Of a stretch of DNA of 64,000 bases, positions 51,788 through 60,802 are shown piece by piece (the first letter of the stretch is position 1; the number at the start of each line of letters is the position of its first letter). Location: NCBI GenBank assembly GCA_964568145.1, contig CAZMOZ010000001.1, forward strand, positions 195,536-259,535, read 5' to 3'. The notes beneath the pieces are model-generated. The model was not told the origin of the DNA and did no database searches. It worked only from the letters and a program-made list of their open reading frames with translations. Origin of the DNA: an uncultured Verrucomicrobiota bacterium (GTDB taxonomy: Bacteria; Verrucomicrobiota; Verrucomicrobiia; Limisphaerales; J093). The position numbers were made by a program, and so were the translations under genes.

Positions 51788-52350
51788 GCGGGTTGGAGCG
51801 CTTCCGGGCGGGCAGGGGACGGGGGGACCGGCGCGGCAGCCGGCGGCCGTTGCTTCAGCGTCTTCAACACGGGCTCGCGCTGGACCTTGCCCTGCAACTT
51901 GAGCAGCGCGTCCAACAGGGCCTCGGGTCGCGGCGGGCAACCGGCCACGTACAGGTCCACCGGCAGGATGCGGTCCACGCCTTGCAGGACGGCGTAGCTC
52001 CGGTACATGCCGCCGGTCGAGGCGCAGGCGCCCATGGCGATGACCCATTTGGGATCGGCCATCTGTTCGTAAAGCCGCTTGACCACCAGCGCCATCTTGT
52101 ACGTGACCGTGCCGGCCACGATCATCACGTCCGACTGCCGCGGCGAAAAGCGCATCACCTCCATGCCGAAGCGCGAGATGTCGTAGCGGCTGGCCCCGGT
52201 GCCCATCAACTCGATGGCGCAACAGGCCAGCCCCATCGGCATGGGCCAGATGGAGTACTTGCGAAACCAGTTGATGGCGGCGTCCAGCCGGGTGACCACC
52301 ACGTCACCTTCAATCCTGGAATCGTAACCGATGACGCTGCTCTTGCTCAT
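51784..52350 (-). CDS. nuoB: NADH-quinone oxidoreductase subunit B
   Basis: 188 aa. The N2-cluster cysteines lie in [18 protein letters not shown] and GCPPRPE. Confidence 0.92.
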   Translation of the reverse strand: MSKSSVIGYDSRIEGDVVVTRLDAAINWFRKYSIWPMPMGLACCAIELMGTGASRYDISRFGMEVMRFSPRQSDVMIVAGTVTYKMALVVKRLYEQMADPKWVIAMGACASTGGMYRSYAVLQGVDRILPVDLYVAGCPPRPEALLDALLKLQGKVQREPVLKTLKQRPPAAAPVPPSPARPEALQPA

Positions 52351-52718
52351 CTGGGAACGGCGCGCGCCGGCGGGCGCGGCGGGCGCAAACTAAGACGCGG
52401 TGCCGGGGGTCGCAAGCGCATTCCCGGCCGGCCGGCAGCCGGTGGGCGCTTATCAACTCCTTGCCCACGGCGGGCGGGCCCGAAGTGACCCAGGCGACCT
52501 TGCCTGGAGTCGTGCCCCGGGCAACCCGCCTGCGGGGATCGCGCCTTGCCGACCGCAGCCCCAAAAGGCAGGGCTCGACGGAGTCTCGCCCCACGGCGTC
52601 AAGGCCGGACCGGCACAGAAGCGAGCTGCGCCCACCGCCGGTTCACTTCGCCTTGCCGGACGCCGCCCGGCTGGTACGTTCTGCGGCGATGCATGGGGCG
52701 GCGGCGCCCCGTGGTGCC

Positions 52719-53723
52719 ATGAAAAACTACCTCGACTTCGAGAAGCCCATCATCGAGCTCCAGCGCAAGCTGGACGAGTTGCGGCGCCACCCCGAGACGC
52801 ACGACCTGGACATCAGCCTCGAGCAGGAGATTTCGCAGATCGAGCAGAAACTTGCCGAGACCCGCCGCGAAATCTTCGAAAACCTCACGGCCTGGCAGCG
52901 GGTCCAGCTTGCCCGACATCCCCGCCGCCCGTACACGCTGGACTACCTGCGCACCACGTTCAAAGGCTTCGAGGAGCTGCACGGCGACCGCGCGTTTTCC
53001 GACGACCACGCCATTGTCGGCGGCTTCGCCCACCTGGAGGGTGAGAAGGTCCTGGTCATCGGCACCCAAAAGGGCCGCGACACCAAGGAAAACATCCTGC
53101 GCAACTTCGGTTCCGCCCACCCTGAGGGCTATCGCAAGGCGCTGCGGTTGATGCGCCTGGCCAACAAGTTCGGTCTGCCGATCATCACGCTCATTGACAC
53201 CGCGGGCGCGTATCCGGGCGTCGGCGCCGAGGAACGCCACATCGCCGAGGCCATCGCCGTGAACCTCCGCGAGATGACGCTTTTCGAGGTGCCGATCATC
53301 GCGGCCGTCATTGGCGAAGGCGGGTCGGGCGGCGCGCTGGGCATTGGCGTCGCGGACCGGGTGCTCATCCTCGAAAACGCCTACTACTCGGTCATCAGCC
53401 CGGAGGGCTGCGCGGCCATTTTGTGGAAGGACCGCACGGCCGCGCCCAGGGCCGCGGAGGCGCTGCGCATCACCGCCAAGGACCTGCTGGCCCTGGGCTT
53501 GGTGGACGAAATCGTCCCCGAACCGCTCGGCGGCGCCCACAACGACCTTCAGACCACCGCCGACACCTTGAAGCTCTACCTGCTGCGGCACCTGCACGAG
53601 GTCGCCAGTTGGTCTGTCGAGGAGCGCCTGCAACGCCGCTACGCCAAGTACCGCGCGATGGGACCTGTGGTTGAAAACCGCCCGCCCGACGCCCCGGTGG
53701 TGCCCACGCCGGTCAGCCCGTGA
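52719..53723 (+). CDS. accA: acetyl-CoA carboxylase carboxyltransferase subunit alpha
   Basis: ATG 52719 gives MKNYLDFEKPIIELQRKLDEL. Further blocks are RHPRRPYTLDY, GTQKGRDTKENILRNFG, PEGYRKALRLMRLANKFGLPIITLIDTAGAYPG and SVISPEGCAAILW. Confidence 0.9.
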   Translation: MKNYLDFEKPIIELQRKLDELRRHPETHDLDISLEQEISQIEQKLAETRREIFENLTAWQRVQLARHPRRPYTLDYLRTTFKGFEELHGDRAFSDDHAIVGGFAHLEGEKVLVIGTQKGRDTKENILRNFGSAHPEGYRKALRLMRLANKFGLPIITLIDTAGAYPGVGAEERHIAEAIAVNLREMTLFEVPIIAAVIGEGGSGGALGIGVADRVLILENAYYSVISPEGCAAILWKDRTAAPRAAEALRITAKDLLALGLVDEIVPEPLGGAHNDLQTTADTLKLYLLRHLHEVASWSVEERLQRRYAKYRAMGPVVENRPPDAPVVPTPVSP

Positions 53724-53775
53724 GTCCGAACCGGCCCGCCCAGTTCCAGTCTGTCGCGCCCGCGTGGCTTCCGCC

Positions 53776-54756
53776 GTGACCTTGTACCCGCTGACCTTCC
53801 GGCCGCTGCTCAAGCCGCGGCTTTGGGGCGGCCGTGCCCTGGCGGACTTGTACGGCAAGCCGCTGCCTCCCGACGCGCCCATCGGCGAGTCCTGGGAAAT
53901 CTCCGATCGCCCGGACGACGTGAGCGGCATCGCCAACGGACCGCTGGCCGGCCGGGACCTTCGCTGGCTCATGGAACATCACGCCCCCGAAGTCCTCGGC
54001 GCGGCGACGGCGCCCGACGGCCGTTTTCCGCTGCTGGTGAAGATTCTCGACGCTCGGGAGATTCTCTCGGTCCAAGTGCATCCGCCACCGCGTGTCGCGG
54101 CGCAACTGGGCGGCGAGCCCAAGACCGAACTCTGGTATGTCACTCGCGCCGCGTCCGGCGCCGAGTTGTTCGCCGGTCTCAAGGCCGGCGTCACCCGTTT
54201 GGAGTTCGAGCGGCAATTGCGCGCTGGCGGCGTGGCGGCGTGCCTCCACCAAGTGCCCGTGCGCGCCGGCGACGCGATGTTCCTGCCCAGCGGCCGGATT
54301 CACGCGCTGGGTGCCGACGTGGTGATCTTCGAAATCCAGCAGAACTCAGACACCACCTACCGTGTCTTCGACTGGAACCGCCGGGGACCGGACGGCCAGC
54401 CGCGCGAACTGCACATCGAACAGGCGCTCGCGTGCATTGACTTCGACGACTTCGAGCCCGGCCTCGTGACCGCGGAATGTCAGGAGGAAGGCCCGCGGCA
54501 AAGCCGGCGTCTGGCAGACCACCCGCTGTTCAAGGTGACCGAGCACCGGGCAACCGGAGGCTTGCGGGAAACTTGGTCCAGCAACCGCGCGACCATCCTC
54601 GGTGTGGTGTCGGGGGCGGTCCGGCTCGAGCATCCGGCCAGCGGCGAGATTGTGGAGTTGGGTCCAGGCCAGTTCGCGCTTGTGCCCGCGGCGGCCCAGC
54701 CGGTCGTCATCGCGGCAGGCGCGAATACCACGTATCTGACCGCCTGTCCGGGGTAG
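53776..54756 (+). CDS. type I phosphomannose (mannose-6-phosphate) isomerase
   Basis: GTG 53776 gives (M)TLYPLTFRPLLKPRLWGG. Further blocks are SWEISD, FPLLVKILDAREILSVQVHP, KTELWYV and EIQQNSDTTYRVFDWNR. The track ATG at 53671 would overlap accA by 53 nt, so the start is uncertain. Confidence 0.75.
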   Translation: MTLYPLTFRPLLKPRLWGGRALADLYGKPLPPDAPIGESWEISDRPDDVSGIANGPLAGRDLRWLMEHHAPEVLGAATAPDGRFPLLVKILDAREILSVQVHPPPRVAAQLGGEPKTELWYVTRAASGAELFAGLKAGVTRLEFERQLRAGGVAACLHQVPVRAGDAMFLPSGRIHALGADVVIFEIQQNSDTTYRVFDWNRRGPDGQPRELHIEQALACIDFDDFEPGLVTAECQEEGPRQSRRLADHPLFKVTEHRATGGLRETWSSNRATILGVVSGAVRLEHPASGEIVELGPGQFALVPAAAQPVVIAAGANTTYLTACPG

Positions 54757-54803
54757 CGGTCTCCCGCGGGGTGAATGCCCGCACGCCGAAAAGACCGCCC
54801 GGC

Positions 54804-55844
54804 TCAGAACGAGGTGCGCAGGCCAACCACCGCCTCGAACGCGCCACTGAACTCGATCGTGGCTTCCTTGCCACCGCCGCTGACTTCCACGTCACCGAGG
54901 AACAAGTACTGGCCGCCGACGAAGATCTGGAGGAAATCCGTCACGGCATAGGACAGCGCGAGCTGCGCGTAGCCGCCCACCTCAAAGCTTGTCGCCGATT
55001 CCTCGCCAGTCCGGGTGAGGGCGGTGTCCGGAATGCCCGGCACGCTGGCGGTCTCCTCGAACTCGAAATCGGTGAACGCCGCCAGGGCGGCCACACCGGC
55101 GCCCAGGTTGAGTTGGAGGCGGTGGGTCAGCGGGATTTCCAGAAACGGCCCGGCCTTGATGCCCACCAGCAGCGCGTCAATCGTGGTTTCCACCTCCGAA
55201 GTCGCGGAAGTGCTGTCCAGCCGGGAGGCGGAAGGATTCAGGTCAATCAGCGGGCCGGGACCCTGGAACGTGCCGGTGTACGGCGCGTTGGGCGGGACGA
55301 TGCCGTTGAGGCGGAAGCTGTCCGTGTGAACGCTGACCATGCCGGTGAAGCGGTCGCTGGTTTCCAGCTTGGGGTTCAGCGAGGAAACGCCGGCCTCGAT
55401 GCCCCACACCGCGCGGCGCTTGCCGAGGTTGAACCGCCCCAGTTCGCGCCCGTAAAGCACCTCGAACCCGGCCTCCACGTTCTCTCCGGACTCGGATGTG
55501 AGTCCATCGCTGGGCAGGCTGGTCACGGTGTGCATTTCCAGGCTGTCGCCCACCACCTGCGTCTCGGACAGGTAGCTCCAGTACCAGGTCTGGCCGTCCG
55601 TGCCGCCGTTGATGTCCGGACGCACGAAGCCGTCGTGGTAATCCGGCCCGGCCGGCTGGGGCACGGCCAGGTGGCGCACCTGGGCGGAGATGCCGAAGGA
55701 AAACCGGGCGGCCACGCTCAGGCGGTTGCGGTCCTGGATGAGGTCATCTTGGAACGGCGCCGGGGCTTCTGCGGCCAGGGCGCCGGCGGCGCCGGCCAGG
55801 CAGAGCAGGGCGGGGGTTGATCGGAGCGGCCAGTGGACTTTCAT
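54804..55844 (-). CDS. outer-membrane beta-barrel protein (family unassigned)
   Basis: 346 aa. The signal peptide is MKVHWPLRSTPALLCLAGAAGALAAE. The sequence shows an alternating amphipathic strand pattern and ends in the aromatic ...VVGLRTSF. Confidence 0.65.
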   Translation of the reverse strand: MKVHWPLRSTPALLCLAGAAGALAAEAPAPFQDDLIQDRNRLSVAARFSFGISAQVRHLAVPQPAGPDYHDGFVRPDINGGTDGQTWYWSYLSETQVVGDSLEMHTVTSLPSDGLTSESGENVEAGFEVLYGRELGRFNLGKRRAVWGIEAGVSSLNPKLETSDRFTGMVSVHTDSFRLNGIVPPNAPYTGTFQGPGPLIDLNPSASRLDSTSATSEVETTIDALLVGIKAGPFLEIPLTHRLQLNLGAGVAALAAFTDFEFEETASVPGIPDTALTRTGEESATSFEVGGYAQLALSYAVTDFLQIFVGGQYLFLGDVEVSGGGKEATIEFSGAFEAVVGLRTSF

Positions 55845-55871
55845 GGGCGCAAGGCGGAGGGTGAACGGGCG

Positions 55872-57494
55872 TCAGGGCATCAACATGCCGCGGTAAAACC
55901 GGCTGGTCTGGTTGGTGGGCGCGCTTTGCGTCTTCGGCGGTCCGCGGTCCACCCATTGCACGCGGCTGCCGGTGCCGAGGATGCCCGGCACGGCGGTCTG
56001 CCACGCCTGCGAGTTGAGGTCATTCACATACTGGATGAAGTACTCGCGGCCCTCCAGGGTCTGAAAGTCCAGAATGAACACGCCGTTGGTGAACCGCGCC
56101 GTGGTGATCGCAAACACCTGTCCGCCCGAGGCCACATAAAGGCGGGTGGGCACGATCCGCGGCTCATACTCCGGCGTGGGCAGCGTGCGGCGGTCCGGCA
56201 CGTAGTACTCCGCGATCAACTCCGCGCTCCCGCCGGCCGGCAGCGGGCCGTAATGCACGAACGGCACGCCGTTGGTGGAGCCGCTGGCGTTGTAAAGCTG
56301 GATGGGCTTGCCCAGCGAATCGTTGGTCAGGCCGCGCACCAGCACGTCCACGCCGTCCATCTTGATCGCGCCGGCATTGATCAACGTGAGCCGCTGGAGA
56401 AACAGCCCCGACTGCGGGTCCGGCCGGGCGGGCAGCGGCCCGGCGGTAAACTGCGGCTGGACAAAATCAAGCACCGGCAGCGGGGCGTTGGTGGCGTCCG
56501 TGGCGGCCAGCGGCACCGGCTGGCTGGCGAAGGCCAGACCCGCCAGGAACCAGTTGGCGTCGGGTACCTGGAAGTACAGGTCCACCAGCCGGAAGGTCTG
56601 CGTCGGCATCGTCAGCCCCGGCGGAAGGTTGACCCGGAACCCCAGCCGGCCGTACGGGGCTTCGGATTCATCCACGACGAACGTCGCCAGCGGCAACAAC
56701 GCCCGGGCCGCATCGGTGAAGGCGGCGGCCGGCTCGAGCAACACTTCGGCATTGAACCGCACCGAAAAGCCCAGCGCGTTCTCGTTGCCTTGCGCGGCGA
56801 ACTCGACCGGCACGCGCAGCGACGCCGCGTCCGGGAACTCGAGCGCGCTGGTGCGCAACTGCCGCAGCGTGTTGGGCTTCACCGTCACCGTGGCCACGCG
56901 GCTGGTGGCGGCGCCCAGGCTGTTGGTCACCACCACCTGGTAGGCGCCGGCGTTGGTGAGCGCCACGGGCGCGAACAGGATCGAAGGCCCAAATACGTTG
57001 GTCAGGTAAATCCCGTCCTTGTACCAGAAATAGTACAACGGCGTCGCCCCGTTGACGGTCACGCCCACGGCGGCGAACGCGCCTTCCACCACGGTCTGGT
57101 CCTCCAGGTCCACGAGAATGCGCGCCACGTTCGGCAGGGCGGTAAGCTGCATGGGCTGGCTGGTGGCCGTGCCCACCGCATTGCTTACCACCACCTGGTA
57201 CACACCCACGTCGTTGGTCGTCACTGCGGTGATGGTGATCGAGGCGTTGGTCAGCGTGACCAGATTGGTGCCGTCCTTGGACCACAAATAGCTTAGCGGC
57301 GCGGTCCCGGTGGCGGTCACGCCGAGCGTCACCCGGTCGCCTTCATAGGCGGACAGGTCGCCGGTCTGGCTGGTGATGACCGGCGGCGTCGGTTCGGACG
57401 CCCGCCCGACGGCGAGCAAGGCCAGGGCGCAAAGGAGTGCCGGCCACGCGAAGAACCCGCGGCGACGGGCGGCGACAACGCATTGTGAACTCAT
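55872..57494 (-). CDS. secreted protein with two Ig (I-set-like) domains, a cohesin-like middle region and an FYR-type C-terminal domain
   Basis: An internal ATG at 57494 gives MSSQCVVAARRRGFFAWPALLCALALLAVGRA. The Ig blocks are EGDRVTLGVTATGTAPLSYLWSKDG...GVYQVVVSNAVGTATS and VVEGAFAAVGVTVNGATPLYYFWYKDG...GAYQVVVTNSLGAATS. The C-terminus is ...SRFYRGMLMP. Confidence 0.7.
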   Translation of the reverse strand: MSSQCVVAARRRGFFAWPALLCALALLAVGRASEPTPPVITSQTGDLSAYEGDRVTLGVTATGTAPLSYLWSKDGTNLVTLTNASITITAVTTNDVGVYQVVVSNAVGTATSQPMQLTALPNVARILVDLEDQTVVEGAFAAVGVTVNGATPLYYFWYKDGIYLTNVFGPSILFAPVALTNAGAYQVVVTNSLGAATSRVATVTVKPNTLRQLRTSALEFPDAASLRVPVEFAAQGNENALGFSVRFNAEVLLEPAAAFTDAARALLPLATFVVDESEAPYGRLGFRVNLPPGLTMPTQTFRLVDLYFQVPDANWFLAGLAFASQPVPLAATDATNAPLPVLDFVQPQFTAGPLPARPDPQSGLFLQRLTLINAGAIKMDGVDVLVRGLTNDSLGKPIQLYNASGSTNGVPFVHYGPLPAGGSAELIAEYYVPDRRTLPTPEYEPRIVPTRLYVASGGQVFAITTARFTNGVFILDFQTLEGREYFIQYVNDLNSQAWQTAVPGILGTGSRVQWVDRGPPKTQSAPTNQTSRFYRGMLMP

Positions 57495-57645
57495 GGTGTG
57501 ACTGGCCGTTGGACACCAGCCCGCCGCCCGGAACGGGCGGGTCAGGCTGGCGCGGACACGGTGCAAACGCGGGTCCGTTCTTGCGGGAGCAACGGGGGAA
57601 AGTCAAAGCAAAGTTGCCCGCCAGCGCCAGGCGGGACGCAGCTCA

Positions 57646-57706
57646 GGTTCGTGGTTCGTGGTTCGTGGTCATGGGCTTCCGGCTTTGGCCATCGGATTTC
57701 GGATTT
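57646..57706. repeat. intergenic heptanucleotide repeats: (GGTTCGT)x3 at 57646-57666 and (CGGATTT)x2 at 57693-57706
   Basis: Read directly from the sequence. These are the same unit types as the coding-linker tracts at 42136, 20116 and 27923. Confidence 0.9.
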
Positions 57707-57807
57707 CAGACCGCCTCGGCCACGCGGGTTGCCAATCCAGGCCGCCTCCGGCATAGTCTGTCGCGCTGCCGGGCCACGCCCGGCCTCCAACCCCGGCTGA
57801 CGTCTCG

Positions 57808-59691
57808 ATGAGCGACAACGCAGAACCCGGCCCACAGCGACGCTGGCTGACGCTGGGAGCGCTGGGCGTGGTTTTTGGCGACATCGGCACCAGCCCGTTG
57901 TACGCGCTGCGCGAGTGTTTTGCCGGGGAAACGGGCTCGGCGGTGAATCCGGCCAGCGTGCTCGGGGTTCTCTCGCTGATCTTCTGGGCGCTCATCACCA
58001 TCATTTCCGTCAAGTACCTGGTCTTCATCTGCCGGGCGGACAACAAGGGGGAGGGTGGGCCCTTGTCGCTGCTGGCCCTGGCTTTCCCGGAACGAGCCCG
58101 GCGCGGTCGCGTGGCGCTGGCGTTCACCGGCCTGGGCGTGTCCGGCGCCGCGCTGATGTACGGCGACGGCATGATCACGCCGCCCATCACCGTGCTGGGC
58201 GCCATGGAAGGGTTGAAGCTCGCCACCCCGGAACTGACCCGGTTTGTGGTGCCGTTGTCCATGCTGGTCCTGGTGGGTCTGTTCTCGGTGCAACGGGTGG
58301 GCACCGGCGGCGTGGGGCGCGTGTTCGGGCCGGTGATGCTGCTGTGGTTCGCCTCGATTGCGGCGCTGGGGGCGGCGGAGGTGGCACGGCATCCCGGGGT
58401 GCTGCGGGCCATGAACCCCGTGCATGCGGTCAACTTCCTGCTCCACGGCGGTTGGGACGCGTTCAAGGTGCTGGGCGCGGTGTTCCTGGTGCTCACCGGC
58501 GGGGAGGCGCTTTACGCGGACATGGGCCATTTCGGCCTGCGGCCCATCCGCCGGGGGTGGTTTTGCATCGTGCTGCCGGCCTTGTTCCTGAACTACCTCG
58601 GTCAAGGCGCCCTCCTGCTGCGCGAACCAGCGGCGGCGGCCAATCCCTTCTACAGCCTCGCCCCGAACTGGGCGTTGTGGCCGTTGCTGGGCCTGGCCAC
58701 GGCGGCGGCCGTCATCGCCTCGCAAGCCCTGATCTCGGGCGTGTTCTCACTCACGATGCAGGCGGTGCAACTCGGCTACCTGCCGCGCGTGGAGATCCGC
58801 CACACCTCGCACACCGAGCGCGGCCAGATTTACGTGCCGGCGGCCAACTGGCTGCTGCTGCTGGCCTGCCTGGGGCTGGTGGCCGGCTTCCGGAGTTCCA
58901 GCCGGCTGGCGGGCGCTTACGGTGTCGCGGTCATCCTGACGATGCTGGTCACCACGCTGCTGTTCTACTTTGCGGCGCGCCGGCTCTGGAACTGGTCCAA
59001 CCGCAAGGCACTGGGCCTGTGCGCCGTGTTCTGCCTCCTGCAACTGCCCTTCTTGGGCGCGAACCTGCTCAAGCTCCCGGAAGGCGGCTGGTTCCCGCTG
59101 GTCATCGGCGGCCTGCTCTTCGGCGTCATGCGCACCTGGAACTGGGGCCGCCGCCGGCTCCGCGACCGCCTCCAGGCCAGCATGCTGCCGTTCGACATGT
59201 TTCTGGCGGACGTCGAGGAGCGCAAGCCGCACCGGGTAGGCGGTACGGCGGTGTTCATGGCCGGCAGCCCCACCGGCACTCCGCTGGCCCTGCTGCACAA
59301 CCTCAAGCACAACCGCGTCCTGCACGAACGCGTCGTGCTCCTGACCATCAAGATCGAGGAGGAGCCGCGCGTGCCCGAGGCCGAGCGCCTCGAAATCATC
59401 CGCCACGGCCAGGGCTTTTACCGCGTGATCGCCCGCTACGGCTTCATGGAGGAGGCGGACATGATCGAGATTCTGCGGCGGTGTACCGAGCAGAATCTCC
59501 AGCTCAGGCTCTCGGAAACGACGTTCTTCCTCAGCCGCGAGAGCATCGTGTGCCGCAGCGGGGTGAGCTGGTTTCGCGCCTGGCGCGACCGCTTGTTCGC
59601 CTTCCTGTCCCGCAACAACCAGAGCGCCATCGCCTTCTTCCACCTGCCCGCCAACCGGGTGGTCGAGCTGGGCATGCAGGTGGAAATCTGA
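57808..59691 (+). CDS. kup: KUP/HAK/KT family potassium transporter
   Basis: 627 aa. It carries the signature GALGVVFGDIGTSPLYALRECF and is a multi-TM protein with a cytoplasmic C-terminal domain. Confidence 0.9.
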   Translation: MSDNAEPGPQRRWLTLGALGVVFGDIGTSPLYALRECFAGETGSAVNPASVLGVLSLIFWALITIISVKYLVFICRADNKGEGGPLSLLALAFPERARRGRVALAFTGLGVSGAALMYGDGMITPPITVLGAMEGLKLATPELTRFVVPLSMLVLVGLFSVQRVGTGGVGRVFGPVMLLWFASIAALGAAEVARHPGVLRAMNPVHAVNFLLHGGWDAFKVLGAVFLVLTGGEALYADMGHFGLRPIRRGWFCIVLPALFLNYLGQGALLLREPAAAANPFYSLAPNWALWPLLGLATAAAVIASQALISGVFSLTMQAVQLGYLPRVEIRHTSHTERGQIYVPAANWLLLLACLGLVAGFRSSSRLAGAYGVAVILTMLVTTLLFYFAARRLWNWSNRKALGLCAVFCLLQLPFLGANLLKLPEGGWFPLVIGGLLFGVMRTWNWGRRRLRDRLQASMLPFDMFLADVEERKPHRVGGTAVFMAGSPTGTPLALLHNLKHNRVLHERVVLLTIKIEEEPRVPEAERLEIIRHGQGFYRVIARYGFMEEADMIEILRRCTEQNLQLRLSETTFFLSRESIVCRSGVSWFRAWRDRLFAFLSRNNQSAIAFFHLPANRVVELGMQVEI

Positions 59692-59770
59692 GCCTCGTGA
59701 AGCGGCCCGGGGGATCGTTCCGGGCGCGCTTTGAACTTGGGAAGCCGGACCGCGTGAACGCGCCGCGCGC

Positions 59771-60466
59771 TCAACGCTGTTCGCCGTGCCGGCGCTCGAC
59801 CTGCGCGTTCAACCGCCGGAGCGCCAGGCGCACCTCTTCCAGTTCCGCCCGGAGCCGCTGGATTTCTTCCCGGAGCGGCGGGGCCGGATCGGGTCCTTCG
59901 CCGCGCCATTGCCGGACCAGGTTTTCCCGTTCCCGCGCCAGGCGCTCGGCGATTTCGTGCAGGCCGGCGGCGTGGAGGTTTTCGATGGCGGCTTGCAGAT
60001 GCCGGAGACGTGGCGCGGCTTCGGGACGCTCAGGCGCGGGGCCGGGGCGTTCCGGCCGTCTTGCCGGCGGACGCTGGGCCGCCAGCTCGGCCATCTCGCG
60101 CTCGAGCTGGAGGATGCGGTCCTTGACGGCTGCGACGTCTTCGTTTCGGCCTTCGGCGCGCAAGCGCTCCAGCTTGGCCGCAAGTTCCGCCCGTTCCAGG
60201 CGCAGTTCGCGGAACCGCTCGCGCTGGGCCGGGCCGCGCTGTTTGCTTTCGGTGCGTGCGGCCAGTTCGCGGGCTTCCGCCATGAGCTGGCGGGCTTGGT
60301 CGTGCCGTCCTTCGGCCTTCAACGCGCGCGCCTTCTCTTCGAGGCGCTCCATCCGCTCGCGCACCTCGGGGGGCGGCGGCGGCGGCGCTTCGGGTTCGGC
60401 GGCGCGGAGGGTGAGCAGCGGGCCGCAGACGGCGGCCAGCAACGAACAAATGAGGATGTGTTTCAT
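59771..60466 (-). CDS. secreted Glu/Arg/Ala-rich coiled-coil hypothetical protein
   Basis: An internal ATG at 60466 gives MKHILICSLLAAVCGPLLTLRAAEP, a signal peptide. Charged heptad-like repeats follow (RMERLEEKARALKAEGRHDQARQLMAEARELAA...). Confidence 0.6.
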   Translation of the reverse strand: MKHILICSLLAAVCGPLLTLRAAEPEAPPPPPPEVRERMERLEEKARALKAEGRHDQARQLMAEARELAARTESKQRGPAQRERFRELRLERAELAAKLERLRAEGRNEDVAAVKDRILQLEREMAELAAQRPPARRPERPGPAPERPEAAPRLRHLQAAIENLHAAGLHEIAERLARERENLVRQWRGEGPDPAPPLREEIQRLRAELEEVRLALRRLNAQVERRHGEQR

Positions 60467-60553
60467 GATGCGGACTTTCAGGTTCAAAGTTATTTCGGCC
60501 CGTTGGCCGGCAAAGTCAAATCCGCGTCTGCAAAGCGGAAGGGAATTCCCAAA

Positions 60554-60574
60554 CCCGAAATCCGAAGTCCGAGG
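60554..60574. repeat. intergenic heptanucleotide repeat (reverse orientation of the CGGATTT type)
   Basis: The tract reads CCCGAAA TCCGAAG TCCGAGG. Confidence 0.8.
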
Positions 60575-60802
60575 ACGCCAAACACCCGCCGTGGCGTTGC
60601 GCGCCGGCTTGTGGGCAACGGCTGAACGTGATACTTATAGTTGTGTTCATGCTCCCCAAACGAGCCCGAGACTGTCATGCGACGGGTGGCCGGCGGTGGT
60701 CGAGGTCCGGCCACGCGCCGGCTGACCCGATGGCGGCCGGGCGGGGGGGCGCCGATTACGCAGTCTGGGCTGACCAGCGCCCGGCGGGACGCTGACTAGC
60801 CG

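Noticed and set aside
57567-57807. Possible c-di-AMP (ydaO/kimA-type) riboswitch in the 5' region of kup
   Set aside because: I could not find the conserved pseudo-twofold ACGGGG / CCCGAAUCC-type core. The region is instead occupied by heptamer repeats. I have no folding tool to test further.
57915-60725. 936-aa plus-strand ORF overlapping kup out of frame and running through the coiled-coil gene
   Set aside because: Its composition is extreme in Arg, Gly and Pro. kup in the neighbouring frame has the unmistakable GDIGTSPLYA signature, so this is a frame artefact of GC-rich DNA.
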